Part shown: positions 46,803 through 56,638 of the stretch, piece by piece | How the letters are laid out: each line of letters starts with the position of its first letter | Numbering within the stretch: the stretch's first letter is position 1 | From: a virus | Reading direction: 5' to 3' (one strand) | Length of the DNA: 64,000 bases | IMG/VR virus record: IMGVR_UViG_3300028384_000991 | Coordinates: 64,001 to 128,000 of that record | Translations under genes and position numbers: made by a program | The notes under the pieces: generated by a model | The model's database searches: none | Seen by the model: only the letters and a program-made list of their open reading frames with translations | What the model was told of the DNA's origin: nothing

Positions 46803-49055
46803 CTACGCTGTAACAGTTTCTGCTTGTTTGGTTGCAATAAGTTTGATCTTATTATCTTCAGTAGCAATATGTAAATGACCGCCGTTTTTAAGTTCACCAA
46901 ACAACAATATCTTACTTAGATCACGTTTGATTTCTTTGTCAATTGTACGCTGTAAAGGTCTTGCACCCATCTTTTTGTCAAAGCCAACATCTACAAGATA
47001 GTCAATAGTTTCATCTGTAATATCAACTGTAACATTCTTTTCCGTAAGCATATCACGTAACTCTACAAGGAACTTACCAACAATCTTAATCATTGTGTTC
47101 TTTTCAAGTTTGCCAAATGCAATTACACCGTCAAGTCTATTACGGAATTCTGGTGCAAAGAATTTTTTAAGTTCAGTATCTTCATACTCTACTTCAAGAT
47201 CTTCATTGAAGCCGATGGCGTTTTTCTCTGCTTGTTCTGCACCTAAGTTTGTTGTTAGGATTAGTACAGCATTCTTCGCATCGGCTTCTTTCCCGTTGCT
47301 TCCGGTAACTTTTCCGTTATCCATTAATTGTAAAAGGATCTGCGATACGTCTGGATGTGCTTTTTCAACCTCATCAAGTAGTAATACACAGTTCGGATGC
47401 TCTTGCAATTTTGTAATCAATAAGCCTGCATTGTCCTCAAAGCCTACATAGCCTGGAGGTGAACCGATAAGTTTAGCAACTGAATGCTTCTCTTGATATT
47501 CACTCATATCAAAACGCACAAGTTCTACACTTAGTTCATTTGCTAACTGTTTTGCTGTTTCTGTTTTACCAACGCCTGTTGGACCCATAAACACAAAACT
47601 ACCTACAGGTTTGTTATCAGGCTTTAATCCTGCTTGTGCAACAAGAATTTTCTCTACAATTTCGTCAATTGCTTTATCTTGTCCATACACTTGCTTCTTA
47701 AGGTTGTCTTCAAGGTGTGCAAGGTTACTTGATTCTTTTTGTGATACCTGTTCTGGTGGAAGTTTAATTGCTTTTGCAAGTTCAAATTCAATTTCTTCTT
47801 TGCCTACAACTTTGTCACCTTCAACTGTTTTTAGATTAAATCTTGAACAAGCAAGATCAATTAAGTCGATCGCTTTATCAGGTAGTTTTTTATCAGCCAT
47901 ATACTTAACACTGAGTTTAATAGCAGTATCAATACCTTCTTCTGTAATCGTTGTAGTATGATAATCTTCGTAGTATTTTTTAATACCTTGTAGAATAGAC
48001 TTTGTCGTTGCTTTATCTGGTTCGCTTACACTAATACGTTGGAAACGTCTCATTAACGCACGATCTTTTTCAAAGTACTTGCGATATTCTTCCCAAGTAG
48101 TTGAAGCAACAACTTTGATATCACCTTTACCAAGAGCAGGCTTTAGCATATTAGCAAGATCATTTGCTCCACCACTGCCTCCTGCGGCACCTGCACCGTT
48201 CATCATATGTGCTTCGTCGATGAATACAATAGTTTTGCCTTGCTTTTTAATAGCATTCATTACAAGTTTAAAACGTTCTTCAAAGTCACCTCTGTACTTT
48301 GATCCTGCCAACATTGCACTAATGTCAAGATTGTAAACTTTATATTCCTGTAAGAATTCAGGGACTGCTTTATTAACAATATTATATGCAAGTCCTTCTG
48401 CAATAGCAGTTTTACCTACACCAGGATCGCCAACAAGCAATACATTGTTCTTTGCTCTACGTCCTAAAGAAAGTGCAATACTTTCAAGTTCTTCTGTGCG
48501 ACCAATTACTGGATCAATTTTACTTTTTTCTACTTCTTTGTTTAGATCTTTTGAAAATTCACGTAGTGCTTTCTGTTCTACAGTACGCATTTCTTCATCT
48601 TCGTAAACTGCTTCTAACTCGTTGTTTAGATAATCAGCAAACTGTTCTTTTGTTAATCCGGACTTTTGAATATGATAATATGACCAAGACTTTTTCTCAT
48701 TCATAATACTTAAAAACACATCTGTGATTTCAATATGGTGTCTACCACTAAACAGTACTTGTGTAAATGCTCTATTTAAAACACGTTCAACTGTTGCAGT
48801 CTTTTTAGGTTTAAATTTCTTAGTGTTCTCTGCAGGAAGTGTAATATCTTCTAAATCTTTTTTAAGATAGTTTTCGATATTCTTTTTGATAAACTCTGGA
48901 TCAGCACCAGCACCTTCAACAATTTTAGAAAACTTTTCACTGCACAGCATAGCAAATAGTAAATGCTCAAGGGTCACGTACTCGTGATTCAGTTTCTTTG
49001 CATCACTTACTGACTTGTCAAATACTGCTTGTAAATCGTCGCTTGGTTCAACCAT
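46803..49055 (-). CDS. clpA: ATP-dependent Clp protease ATP-binding subunit
   Basis: Clp-N EHLL; GDPGVGKT, GPTGVGKT, FDMSEY, GARPL; no ClpB middle domain. Confidence 0.92.
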   Translation of the reverse strand: MVEPSDDLQAVFDKSVSDAKKLNHEYVTLEHLLFAMLCSEKFSKIVEGAGADPEFIKKNIENYLKKDLEDITLPAENTKKFKPKKTATVERVLNRAFTQVLFSGRHHIEITDVFLSIMNEKKSWSYYHIQKSGLTKEQFADYLNNELEAVYEDEEMRTVEQKALREFSKDLNKEVEKSKIDPVIGRTEELESIALSLGRRAKNNVLLVGDPGVGKTAIAEGLAYNIVNKAVPEFLQEYKVYNLDISAMLAGSKYRGDFEERFKLVMNAIKKQGKTIVFIDEAHMMNGAGAAGGSGGANDLANMLKPALGKGDIKVVASTTWEEYRKYFEKDRALMRRFQRISVSEPDKATTKSILQGIKKYYEDYHTTTITEEGIDTAIKLSVKYMADKKLPDKAIDLIDLACSRFNLKTVEGDKVVGKEEIEFELAKAIKLPPEQVSQKESSNLAHLEDNLKKQVYGQDKAIDEIVEKILVAQAGLKPDNKPVGSFVFMGPTGVGKTETAKQLANELSVELVRFDMSEYQEKHSVAKLIGSPPGYVGFEDNAGLLITKLQEHPNCVLLLDEVEKAHPDVSQILLQLMDNGKVTGSNGKEADAKNAVLILTTNLGAEQAEKNAIGFNEDLEVEYEDTELKKFFAPEFRNRLDGVIAFGKLEKNTMIKIVGKFLVELRDMLTEKNVTVDITDETIDYLVDVGFDKKMGARPLQRTIDKEIKRDLSKILLFGELKNGGHLHIATEDNKIKLIATKQAETVTA

Positions 49056-49575
49056 ATGTAATCATTCCTTTAATTTTTTTAAAATACTTTTGTTGTTTTT
49101 TCTTAGCCATATCTAATTTCATTTTACTTACACGATCAATATAATTGATTCCGTACAAGTGATCAAATTCGTGTTGGAATATTCTTGCATTCCATCCTTT
49201 AAACTCTATTTTACACTCTTTTCCGCTACTGTCAAGAAACTTTGCTACCAAAGCCTCTGCACGTTTTACCTTAAAGAACAATCCTGGAAAACTTAAACAA
49301 CCTTCTTCGCCTAAGACTGTTTGTTCTGATACTGCTTCTATTCTTGGATTGATAACAGCAAATGATTGTCCGTCTTTATAACCTTCCAAATCCTTTGGTT
49401 CCATTACAAAGATTTGTGCATCTAAGTCAACCTGATTGGCACTAAGACCTACACCATGTTCTTTGTTCATGATTTCGATCATTTGTTTTTCAATGTCTTT
49501 TGCGTCTAACTTATTAAAGTCAAATTCTTGCACTTGCTTTAATAAAGATGGATGCGGATGATAAACTAATTTCAT
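49048..49575 (-). CDS. def: Peptide deformylase
   Basis: GVGLSANQ, EGCLS, QHEFDH. Confidence 0.95.
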   Translation of the reverse strand: MKLVYHPHPSLLKQVQEFDFNKLDAKDIEKQMIEIMNKEHGVGLSANQVDLDAQIFVMEPKDLEGYKDGQSFAVINPRIEAVSEQTVLGEEGCLSFPGLFFKVKRAEALVAKFLDSSGKECKIEFKGWNARIFQHEFDHLYGINYIDRVSKMKLDMAKKKQQKYFKKIKGMITYG

Positions 49576-50417
49576 TCCTTAATCTTTCTTATTAAATCGT
49601 ATTGTTCTTCGGTTAAATTTTTTGGAATAACGCCGTTTACTTTTAGGTAAACATTTCCGGAAGCGCCTGAGTTGTAGTCTGGTAAGCCTTGACCGTGTAT
49701 GCTTAGAACTGTGCCTGGTTGTGTGCCTCTTGGTACATTAATACTTATAGTCTTACCTGACGGTAAAGTAAGATTTGTGGTAGTACCAAGTATCATTTCA
49801 AAAATATCTATTTTGGTAACAGCGTGTAAATTAACTCCGTCTACATCAAAGTCTGGATGCCTTAGTATTCTTACTTTTACATTTAGGTTTCCTCTTGGAA
49901 CTCCTGGTATACTATCGTCACCTAAGCCGCCATAACGTATTGTATCTCCGTGTTTTGCTCCTTTTGGTATATCAATATTAACAGTTTGTTCTTGACCACT
50001 GTTTGTTCTAAAAGTAGCAATAACACCTTTGCCTGTATACACTTCACCTACTGTAATATCACAAGCAATAGTAATGTCTCTGTTCTGTTGTGGACGTCTT
50101 TGCTGTTGAAAGCCTCGACCAAAAAATGTACCAAACAAATCATTCATGTCACCGTTGAATTCAAATCCTCCAGGACCAAAACCGCCAAAGCCTTGTTGCT
50201 GATAGCCTGCTTGTTGTGGATCAGCAGTGCCATATTGATCGTACATTGCTTTCTTTTGTGGATCTGTTAGTGTTTGATATGCTTCATTAAGTTGGGTAAA
50301 CTTCTTATGGTCACCACCCTTGTCAGGATGATGCTTTGCCGCCAATTTGCGGAATGCAGTCTTAATATCTTTTTCGGAAGCGTTACGAGAAACGCCTAAC
50401 AAATCGTAATAATCCAT
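49572..50417 (-). CDS. dnaJ: DnaJ/CbpA-type co-chaperone (no Zn finger)
   Basis: J-domain HPD, G/F linker, C-terminal domain. Confidence 0.9.
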   Translation of the reverse strand: MDYYDLLGVSRNASEKDIKTAFRKLAAKHHPDKGGDHKKFTQLNEAYQTLTDPQKKAMYDQYGTADPQQAGYQQQGFGGFGPGGFEFNGDMNDLFGTFFGRGFQQQRRPQQNRDITIACDITVGEVYTGKGVIATFRTNSGQEQTVNIDIPKGAKHGDTIRYGGLGDDSIPGVPRGNLNVKVRILRHPDFDVDGVNLHAVTKIDIFEMILGTTTNLTLPSGKTISINVPRGTQPGTVLSIHGQGLPDYNSGASGNVYLKVNGVIPKNLTEEQYDLIRKIKE

Positions 50418-50423
50418 AGCAGT

Positions 50424-50452
50424 ATTATATACTTATGTTAGGCGTTTGTCAA
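50424..50452 (-). promoter_or_regulatory. Sigma70-type promoter, leaderless dnaJ
   Basis: TTGACA-17 nt-TATAAT-6 nt-ATG. Confidence 0.85.
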
Positions 50453-50455
50453 TGA

Positions 50456-50752
50456 TTATTTGTCTGACTTCTTAGATGTACCTGTGTACAAACCAAACCA
50501 TGCCGCACCAGCACCAACTACAATACTAACCAAACCTGATTGTTCCATTGTAGGATTTGGAAGAGCCATATACCAAATTACTACTTTATAAAGTAAAAAG
50601 ATATATGTTGAAATAAAAATTCTTGGAAAAATTCTCCAACTGTCTACTGCTTTAGCCAAATGGATTAACCACTGATATTTGTTTTGTGAACTGTCAGTAG
50701 TTGAAGTATCAACTTCTAAATCAATTTGAACTGTCTTCTTTACGTCTGCCAT
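50456..50752 (-). CDS. Two-TM membrane protein (holin candidate)
   Basis: DSWRIFPR, two hydrophobic helices, downstream of lysis genes. Confidence 0.55.
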   Translation of the reverse strand: MADVKKTVQIDLEVDTSTTDSSQNKYQWLIHLAKAVDSWRIFPRIFISTYIFLLYKVVIWYMALPNPTMEQSGLVSIVVGAGAAWFGLYTGTSKKSDK

Positions 50753-51033
50753 TATTTTTTACCCTCTAATTTCTTAATTCGAGATTCTAACTCGTCTATC
50801 TTTTGGGTTACATGAGGATATTTTGTACGCCAAGCATTTGGATCATTTTGAAACCAAGTCCAGCCCCAACGTATTGCAAGATATTCAAGAAAAGCATCAA
50901 ACTTTCTTACTGCCCACATTGCTATTTTTGTATCTTTAAACCAAAACAAAAATGCGGCACCAAATAAAGCACCGGCAATACCTGTGTAAATCCACAGTCT
51001 ATCAGTTGCCATTCTTTCAATCATTTCCCACAT
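50752..51033 (-). CDS. Membrane protein (holin/antiholin candidate)
   Basis: One TM helix; TAAATA at 51059-51064. Confidence 0.5.
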   Translation of the reverse strand: MWEMIERMATDRLWIYTGIAGALFGAAFLFWFKDTKIAMWAVRKFDAFLEYLAIRWGWTWFQNDPNAWRTKYPHVTQKIDELESRIKKLEGKK

Positions 51034-51064
51034 ATAAACTTCCCTCTCTTTATATGTGTATTTA

Positions 51065-51250
51065 TTAAAAAGAACAGGCTACTTCGCCTTTGGTAACTAC
51101 ATTATCGCGTTCTATTTTAAGGTCTTTGGGGAGATTTTTGACTTCTACTGAAGGTTTAACAGAACAATTTTTAGTTGCAGGTGTACAACTACTTATTGTC
51201 AGTGTTAGTAGTATCAGTATCGCCTTCGTAGTATTCTTTATAAGCATCAA
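51065..51250 (-). CDS. Small lipoprotein
   Basis: Signal peptide with ISSC lipobox-like site. Confidence 0.5.
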   Translation of the reverse strand: MMLIKNTTKAILILLTLTISSCTPATKNCSVKPSVEVKNLPKDLKIERDNVVTKGEVACSF

Positions 51251-51569
51251 TCACCTTTTGTTGCTTGATCATATAAGCACGTATTTGGGCGAAATTCTTT
51301 GATAGTAGTTCGTAGTCTTCGTCGCTTAAACCAAACAACACAGGATCTTTGCCTTGCTCTTTCATTTTAGCAAAAACTTCTTCTGCATTTTCACTGTTAA
51401 TAATTACCCATTTAATTTTTTCCATCTTAGCCGCTTCAGTCTGTGGTAAATTTAAGGGTGCTCTTTCTACTTCTGTTTTAAAGATATCAAGTTTGCTCAC
51501 AGTTGAACAACCTGATAAAACTACTGCTAACAGTGATACTAAAAAAATATTTTTAATTGTATGGTACAT
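51189..51569 (-). CDS. o-spanin (Rz1-like lipoprotein)
   Basis: LSGC lipobox; overlaps the i-spanin end. Confidence 0.7.
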   Translation of the reverse strand: MYHTIKNIFLVSLLAVVLSGCSTVSKLDIFKTEVERAPLNLPQTEAAKMEKIKWVIINSENAEEVFAKMKEQGKDPVLFGLSDEDYELLSKNFAQIRAYMIKQQKVIDAYKEYYEGDTDTTNTDNK

Positions 51570-52041
51570 AATTCGGATTCGCTATACTTGGACATTCAGA
51601 ATTGATTTCTGATTTCTTAGTAGCGTTCTTTTCCTTTTCTGTTAATGGCGCACCCATAGCAATTTCTGCACAACGCATTGCTTTATTAGATGCATTATTA
51701 ATAACACGTTCTACTGCACGATCTTTTTCAATAGCAAGTTTGCCGATATCTCTAACTTCGCCTTTGCCATTGATTTTGTTAAAACGTTCGTCAAGTGCCG
51801 CAAATTCTTTACGTAGTGTTTTGTTTGTTTCTTCGAGTTCTTTGTTTAGTTCAAGAATAGCAGTAAAGTCTTTTCGCTGTTGTTCAATAACTGCTTGTTG
51901 CTCTGATACGCTGTCTAACAGTTTTGCATTGTTTGCTTCACTAACAGCAAGGTCGCTTTTAAGTGTTTTCACATACATGAAACCACCGCCGGCACCTGCC
52001 ATCATAATTAACACCATTGCTATTTTGATTGATCCAAACAT
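51553..52041 (-). CDS. i-spanin (Rz-like)
   Basis: N-terminal TM then long coiled coil, C-terminal Cys pair. Confidence 0.7.
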   Translation of the reverse strand: MFGSIKIAMVLIMMAGAGGGFMYVKTLKSDLAVSEANNAKLLDSVSEQQAVIEQQRKDFTAILELNKELEETNKTLRKEFAALDERFNKINGKGEVRDIGKLAIEKDRAVERVINNASNKAMRCAEIAMGAPLTEKEKNATKKSEINSECPSIANPNYVPYN

Positions 52042-52203
52042 TTATCTTCCTTGTTTGCAGACTTCAATGGTTACAGTCTTGCCATCTCCGTCTTGCATAT
52101 CTTTGAAAAGAGGTCCTTCGTGATATTCGTGTCCGCAGTTTTTACAACTTACTCTGCCATTGCTATGGCGCTGTCTTTCACTGCATTTACTCTGTTTGTC
52201 CAT
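52042..52203 (-). CDS. 53-aa Zn-finger-like microprotein (below ORF-track cutoff)
   Basis: Manual translation MDKQSKCSERQRHSNGRVSCKNCGHEYHEGPLFKDMQDGDGKTVTIEVCKQGR; stop abuts the spanin ATG. Confidence 0.55.
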   Translation of the reverse strand: MDKQSKCSERQRHSNGRVSCKNCGHEYHEGPLFKDMQDGDGKTVTIEVCKQGR

Positions 52204-52676
52204 CCTGTTCCAAACGTTTTAAATGTTTTAAGTGACTCATAAAACTCTTGACGTTTTGCACTGTAGTCGTTAATTGCTTGATTAATTCCTACTGCTTCTA
52301 CATAACCATTTACTTTTGCAATAGTGTTTGGTCCAATCCAACCGTCAATTTTTGTACCAACCATAATCTGTAAGATCTTTGTTGCTCTATGACGTCCGCT
52401 ATTTACGCACATATCAAATACTGCTAAATCTAAACCTGCTGGCAAGTCATCTCCTAAGATGCCATTCCAATAATTTTTCTTATAGATTGGAGTTACATCT
52501 TTTTCTGTAAGACTTTGAATTACTTCTTTAGTTACTACTTTACCCATCCAATCTTCGTATGTTTGTCTTGTGATGCCCATGTTAGTAGCACCACCTGGAT
52601 CGCTTGGATGATCAACGTATCCACCTTCGTGCTCAAGCACAATCGCTAAACAATTTCTAAAATTATCTGTTGCCAT
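52149..52676 (-). CDS. Endolysin, glycoside hydrolase family 108
   Basis: HEGGYVDHPSDPGGATNMGIT, FD..VNSG, DGWIGPNT, GWTNRV. Confidence 0.92.
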   Translation of the reverse strand: MATDNFRNCLAIVLEHEGGYVDHPSDPGGATNMGITRQTYEDWMGKVVTKEVIQSLTEKDVTPIYKKNYWNGILGDDLPAGLDLAVFDMCVNSGRHRATKILQIMVGTKIDGWIGPNTIAKVNGYVEAVGINQAINDYSAKRQEFYESLKTFKTFGTGWTNRVNAVKDSAIAMAE

Positions 52677-52678
52677 TT

Positions 52679-53389
52679 TTAACCTCTTTTCAATATTAAA
52701 CTGTAACCATTATTTTCAAGCACAAGTTTCTTACCATATTTTGTAATATTGTAATCACCTAAATATTTGCTCAAATAAATGACCTCAGCGAAACCATTAA
52801 TATCTAATGCTTCGTTGATATTTACCTCATCTGTTCGAACAAAATCAACAACTTTGAATGTAATTGGATCCATGAACGTGTTCTTTATTCTTAAAGTGTG
52901 TTCATTTAGCATATCTACTTCTTCAGCATAACTCTTGTTAAAGAAGTTTTTATAGTTATCCATGTTATTTTCATTTACTCGAATGTCGTATGCTTCCTTA
53001 TCAGTAGGAACTATTTCTGCCAAATTTGTTTCATTGCAATCATGACTTCTAAAACTCTTGTAGTATCTAAACTTCATACCGTCTAAGCCTGCAATTTTAG
53101 TAATGCCATCAACCATTTCATGTATTTGTGCAGGTGCATCTTTTGATCTTTCGATTTCAACAAACACTTTGTACATACCATCGCTTTGTTCGCCCGATGT
53201 TGCATCAGCATCTAACACAAATGGATAACCTTTTTCTAAAAAGTTTTCAAGGTCTTTTGCACTTCCTTCGTTTTTAGTTGAAAAACTAAGCACGACTATG
53301 TCGCTATCACTACCCATCTTAGATTTAAAAGAATCAATTTCGTAAATATGATCAACTAAGTCTTTAAGGTCGTCTTTTCTTAAACCCAT
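52679..53389 (-). CDS. Hypothetical phage protein
   Basis: 236-aa coupled ORF. Confidence 0.75.
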   Translation of the reverse strand: MGLRKDDLKDLVDHIYEIDSFKSKMGSDSDIVVLSFSTKNEGSAKDLENFLEKGYPFVLDADATSGEQSDGMYKVFVEIERSKDAPAQIHEMVDGITKIAGLDGMKFRYYKSFRSHDCNETNLAEIVPTDKEAYDIRVNENNMDNYKNFFNKSYAEEVDMLNEHTLRIKNTFMDPITFKVVDFVRTDEVNINEALDINGFAEVIYLSKYLGDYNITKYGKKLVLENNGYSLILKRG

Positions 53390-53934
53390 TATACTGCTCC
53401 TTCTGGTGCTGGTGCTTCTGCTCCTGCTCCTACTCCTGCTTCAACACCTGCTTCTGCTGGTTGTGCTTCTGGAGTAGCATTTGGTTCAACACCTGCTTCA
53501 GTAGTAAGGTCTAACATTTCATTATAGCCACTGTAAATATCGACAATTAATTTTTTTGGCATCATAATTTCAACCACCCAAATTTCTTTACGATCTAATT
53601 TACCTTTTTTAGTACCTGGTCTAATATCGTCGGGTGATTTAATTTTTCTTGGAACTAAGATATGGTCTTTTTTGTATGTAACTTTACAGTCATAATCAAG
53701 TAGTCTTTTACCGCCCATTGGATCAGGCATTTTGTCTCTTGGCCACATAAATGAACAAATTACCCAGTGCCTTTTAATATTAGGTCCTGAAACAATTTCG
53801 CCATCTTCCCAATTATCGTACACATATAAATCCAGTTCATCAAGCACTCTTTCAAAGTCTTTTAGAACCGTAAATGCGGTATCGCTTTCGTATATACCTT
53901 GTACGTTTTTAATTACTTCTGCTACGTCTTTCAT
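53389..53934 (-). CDS. Hypothetical phage protein
   Basis: DFERVLDELDLYV..NW.DGE; Ala/Glu/Pro tail; TAAATA at 53958-53963. Confidence 0.75.
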   Translation of the reverse strand: MKDVAEVIKNVQGIYESDTAFTVLKDFERVLDELDLYVYDNWEDGEIVSGPNIKRHWVICSFMWPRDKMPDPMGGKRLLDYDCKVTYKKDHILVPRKIKSPDDIRPGTKKGKLDRKEIWVVEIMMPKKLIVDIYSGYNEMLDLTTEAGVEPNATPEAQPAEAGVEAGVGAGAEAPAPEGAV

Positions 53935-54092
53935 ATGAATATCCAATCTTATACACTTATTTATCCGGTTAGCATTTATAACAGTGTAGTTTTATCACGA
54001 GCAAACTTCACTAAATATTTGTGTAGGAGGCACGTATAGTGTCAAAACTATACGATGCAGACTACTTGTTATAATCCATAAAGGAGGACTGC

Positions 54093-54821
54093 ATGGGTGC
54101 AAAAAGAAGTGCTCGTAAGAGCAAAAACTACAATAGCAATATTGTAGAATTCAACAACTTTCTTCCTCAGAAGAAAAAAGAAGTCAAAATTATTCCACGA
54201 AACATTAATCAAGAAACTTATATGCTTCAACTGTTAGACTCAAAGAAAGACATAGTCTTTGGCATTGGGCCGGCAGGAACAGGTAAAACTCTGTTGGCAG
54301 TACAAGTTGCGATTAAGCAGTTTAAGGAGGGAAAAGTCGACAAAATAATTGTTACAAGACCTGCTGTAAGTGCAGACGAAGATTTAGGTTTTTTACCTGG
54401 TACATTAGAACAAAAAATGGCACCATGGACGAGACCTATTTTTGATGTGCTTCAGGAGTACTTTTCAGCAAATGAAATCGAAGGCATGATTGCAGAGGGT
54501 GTAGTAGAGATTGCACCACTTGCATATATGCGTGGACGAACGTTTAAGCGTTCATATATCATTGCTGATGAAATGCAAAACGCAACTCAGAATCAAATGA
54601 AGATGTTATTAACAAGATTAGGTGAAGGATCAAAGATGGCTGTTACAGGCGATCTTGCTCAAGCGGATAGACTTAGAGATAACGGACTTATTGACTTCTG
54701 TAGACACTTAGATCAAAAAGGATCAGCAGAAAAGATTGACGTCGTTGAATTTGCAAAGGGAGATATTGAACGACACGATGCAGTCAAAGAAGTATTAGAA
54801 ATTTATGGAGATGTTGTTTAA
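54093..54821 (+). CDS. phoH: PhoH family ATPase
   Basis: GPAGTGKT, LGFLPG, YMRGRT, DEMQN, LTRLG, GDLAQ. Confidence 0.95.
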   Translation: MGAKRSARKSKNYNSNIVEFNNFLPQKKKEVKIIPRNINQETYMLQLLDSKKDIVFGIGPAGTGKTLLAVQVAIKQFKEGKVDKIIVTRPAVSADEDLGFLPGTLEQKMAPWTRPIFDVLQEYFSANEIEGMIAEGVVEIAPLAYMRGRTFKRSYIIADEMQNATQNQMKMLLTRLGEGSKMAVTGDLAQADRLRDNGLIDFCRHLDQKGSAEKIDVVEFAKGDIERHDAVKEVLEIYGDVV

Positions 54822-55582
54822 CCAGGTAGATCAGTATCCTGGGCATCAACTACATATAATTTTTTAGTCTTTACCCATTTAATCCAGCCTGCATAAGTCA
54901 TTTTGTGTAGGCTGGATATTGCCCACTGACGTTTCATTGCAGTTTCGTTCAGTTCCATAGTTCTTGCTACCTGTTTTTCACGTTTGAAAGGAATAACTTG
55001 AACTAAAGGTTCGCCCATCTTAATTGTTGTAGGCTTAATTTCTTTTAACATAATATTGATAGGACTTTGTGGAGCACCTAAATCGTGATCCATTACACCA
55101 GGAACTGCTTCCCAGTTCTTTCCTTCATGATAGTACATAGGTAGATACAGTGTACTCCAACCCTTTTTGTTCCATGTAAACCAAGGATTGTCTAATTTTA
55201 CTGCACCACGAACACTAAACTTTTGTTCCATAAATTTGCCTAACTGTTCTTCAGGGTGGTAAGCATCATTATACATTTCGTCACTGTATCTTGTAATAAT
55301 ATGTTTGCCATCTGGAGTAGGTTCTATGGTAATGTCGCACCAAGCAGGAATAACATAACCCATACTCATATAATCTGTAATACCAGGGCAGGCTCTTACA
55401 GTTTTGTGACTGTCAATGTTATGTTGTTCTTTTTTATAGTATGGTGACATTTCTTTAAACTTATCTGGAAAGAATTTGCCAGCAGGTTCAATCGGTGCAT
55501 ATTTACGTACACCCCAACTTTGACAAGCAAAGTTAATTACTGGTTCTTGTTTTTTGAATAAGTTTTTTATAAAATTAATCAT
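54818..55582 (-). CDS. Hypothetical protein (possible dUTPase-like beta-clip fold)
   Basis: CPGITDY...GY.IP.W.D, GEPLVQVIPFKRE. Confidence 0.6.
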   Translation of the reverse strand: MINFIKNLFKKQEPVINFACQSWGVRKYAPIEPAGKFFPDKFKEMSPYYKKEQHNIDSHKTVRACPGITDYMSMGYVIPAWCDITIEPTPDGKHIITRYSDEMYNDAYHPEEQLGKFMEQKFSVRGAVKLDNPWFTWNKKGWSTLYLPMYYHEGKNWEAVPGVMDHDLGAPQSPINIMLKEIKPTTIKMGEPLVQVIPFKREKQVARTMELNETAMKRQWAISSLHKMTYAGWIKWVKTKKLYVVDAQDTDLPG

Positions 55583-55983
55583 ACTTTAGTTACTGTAACA
55601 TTTGACTTCTTTAAAAAATCAATTCCGTCGTTGCTACGATAGTTATCTTTGTAATACACTGTGCTAATGCCACTTTGATATATTAGTTTCGCACAATCAA
55701 TACAAGGACTGTGTGTGCAAAATAGTGTAGCATTATCTCCGCTTTCGTTTGATTTGGCTAATTTTGCAATAGCATTTGATTCAGCGTGTAGTACTTCTGG
55801 CTTTGATTTATTATTTTCATCTTCACAGTCATTATCCCAACCCGAAGGCATACCATTATAGCCAATAGAGATAATGCGATCATCCTTTACAACAATCGCA
55901 CCTACGTTCAAACGTTTTGCATAACTTAACTGTGCAAAACGTTCTGCAACATCCATATATGCATTAATGAACTTAGACTTCAC
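55579..55983 (-). CDS. dCMP deaminase
   Basis: GYNG, HAESNAI, SPCIDC. Confidence 0.92.
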   Translation of the reverse strand: MKSKFINAYMDVAERFAQLSYAKRLNVGAIVVKDDRIISIGYNGMPSGWDNDCEDENNKSKPEVLHAESNAIAKLAKSNESGDNATLFCTHSPCIDCAKLIYQSGISTVYYKDNYRSNDGIDFLKKSNVTVTKV

Positions 55984-56638
55984 TAACCAGTTCCTCTGCT
56001 AACGGAAAGATTTCTGCGATTACTTTCGCACAGGCGTGAGCAATTTCCATATGCTCTTTTTGTGTACCATTAGCACCACGAAGTTCAATATAGTGTACCC
56101 AACTACGTAGTGTACCGTTCATGTACAATCGTGTTTTAGTAAGTCCTTCTGGCAATACCTTACGTGCTTGTTCTTTAGCAATGCCTTTATCTAACGCCCA
56201 CTTGTACACTTCTTCAGCCATCCATAAAACTCTACGTTGATGTCTGTCCCACTCGCGTGTTAATTCTATATCATCTGTTTCGATTGAATTTTGTCTGTTT
56301 TTTGTATCTTGTAATCGTGCTTCACTTAGTTCAAACATATCACCCATTTCTTCTGGGTTAGCATAACGCTGACTAAACTCTTGAAAACTAAAACTACGGT
56401 GGCGCACAATTTGATGTGCAATATCACGTGTAGTATTAATTTCTAAACAAGCACTAACCATTTCAAGTGGAGACCAATGAGCGTGTTTGATCAAATACTT
56501 GATTAGTTTTTCACTTGTTTCTGAATTCATTTGATTACTTGGATTACTAACTCTTGCACAATAGGCAATAAGTTCTTGACAGTTTTCAAGGTCTGTGCCC
56601 TCTGGTGCTGTTGAATATGAAATTAATTTAACGCTCAT
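55973..56638 (-). CDS. thyX: FAD-dependent thymidylate synthase
   Basis: HWSPLE, RHRSFSFQEFSQRY, KEQAR.VLP, TQKEH. Confidence 0.95.
   Translation of the reverse strand: MSVKLISYSTAPEGTDLENCQELIAYCARVSNPSNQMNSETSEKLIKYLIKHAHWSPLEMVSACLEINTTRDIAHQIVRHRSFSFQEFSQRYANPEEMGDMFELSEARLQDTKNRQNSIETDDIELTREWDRHQRRVLWMAEEVYKWALDKGIAKEQARKVLPEGLTKTRLYMNGTLRSWVHYIELRGANGTQKEHMEIAHACAKVIAEIFPLAEELVSEV

Noticed and set aside
21513-46805. Stop-codon (TAG) reassignment
   Set aside because: Genes are full length in the standard code, and TAG ends genes at natural boundaries (21513, 39435, 42571, 46803)
53395-53500. Short imperfect repeats (GCTCCT/ACACCTGCTTC)
   Set aside because: They encode a low-complexity EAGV/AP protein tail, not a DNA repeat element
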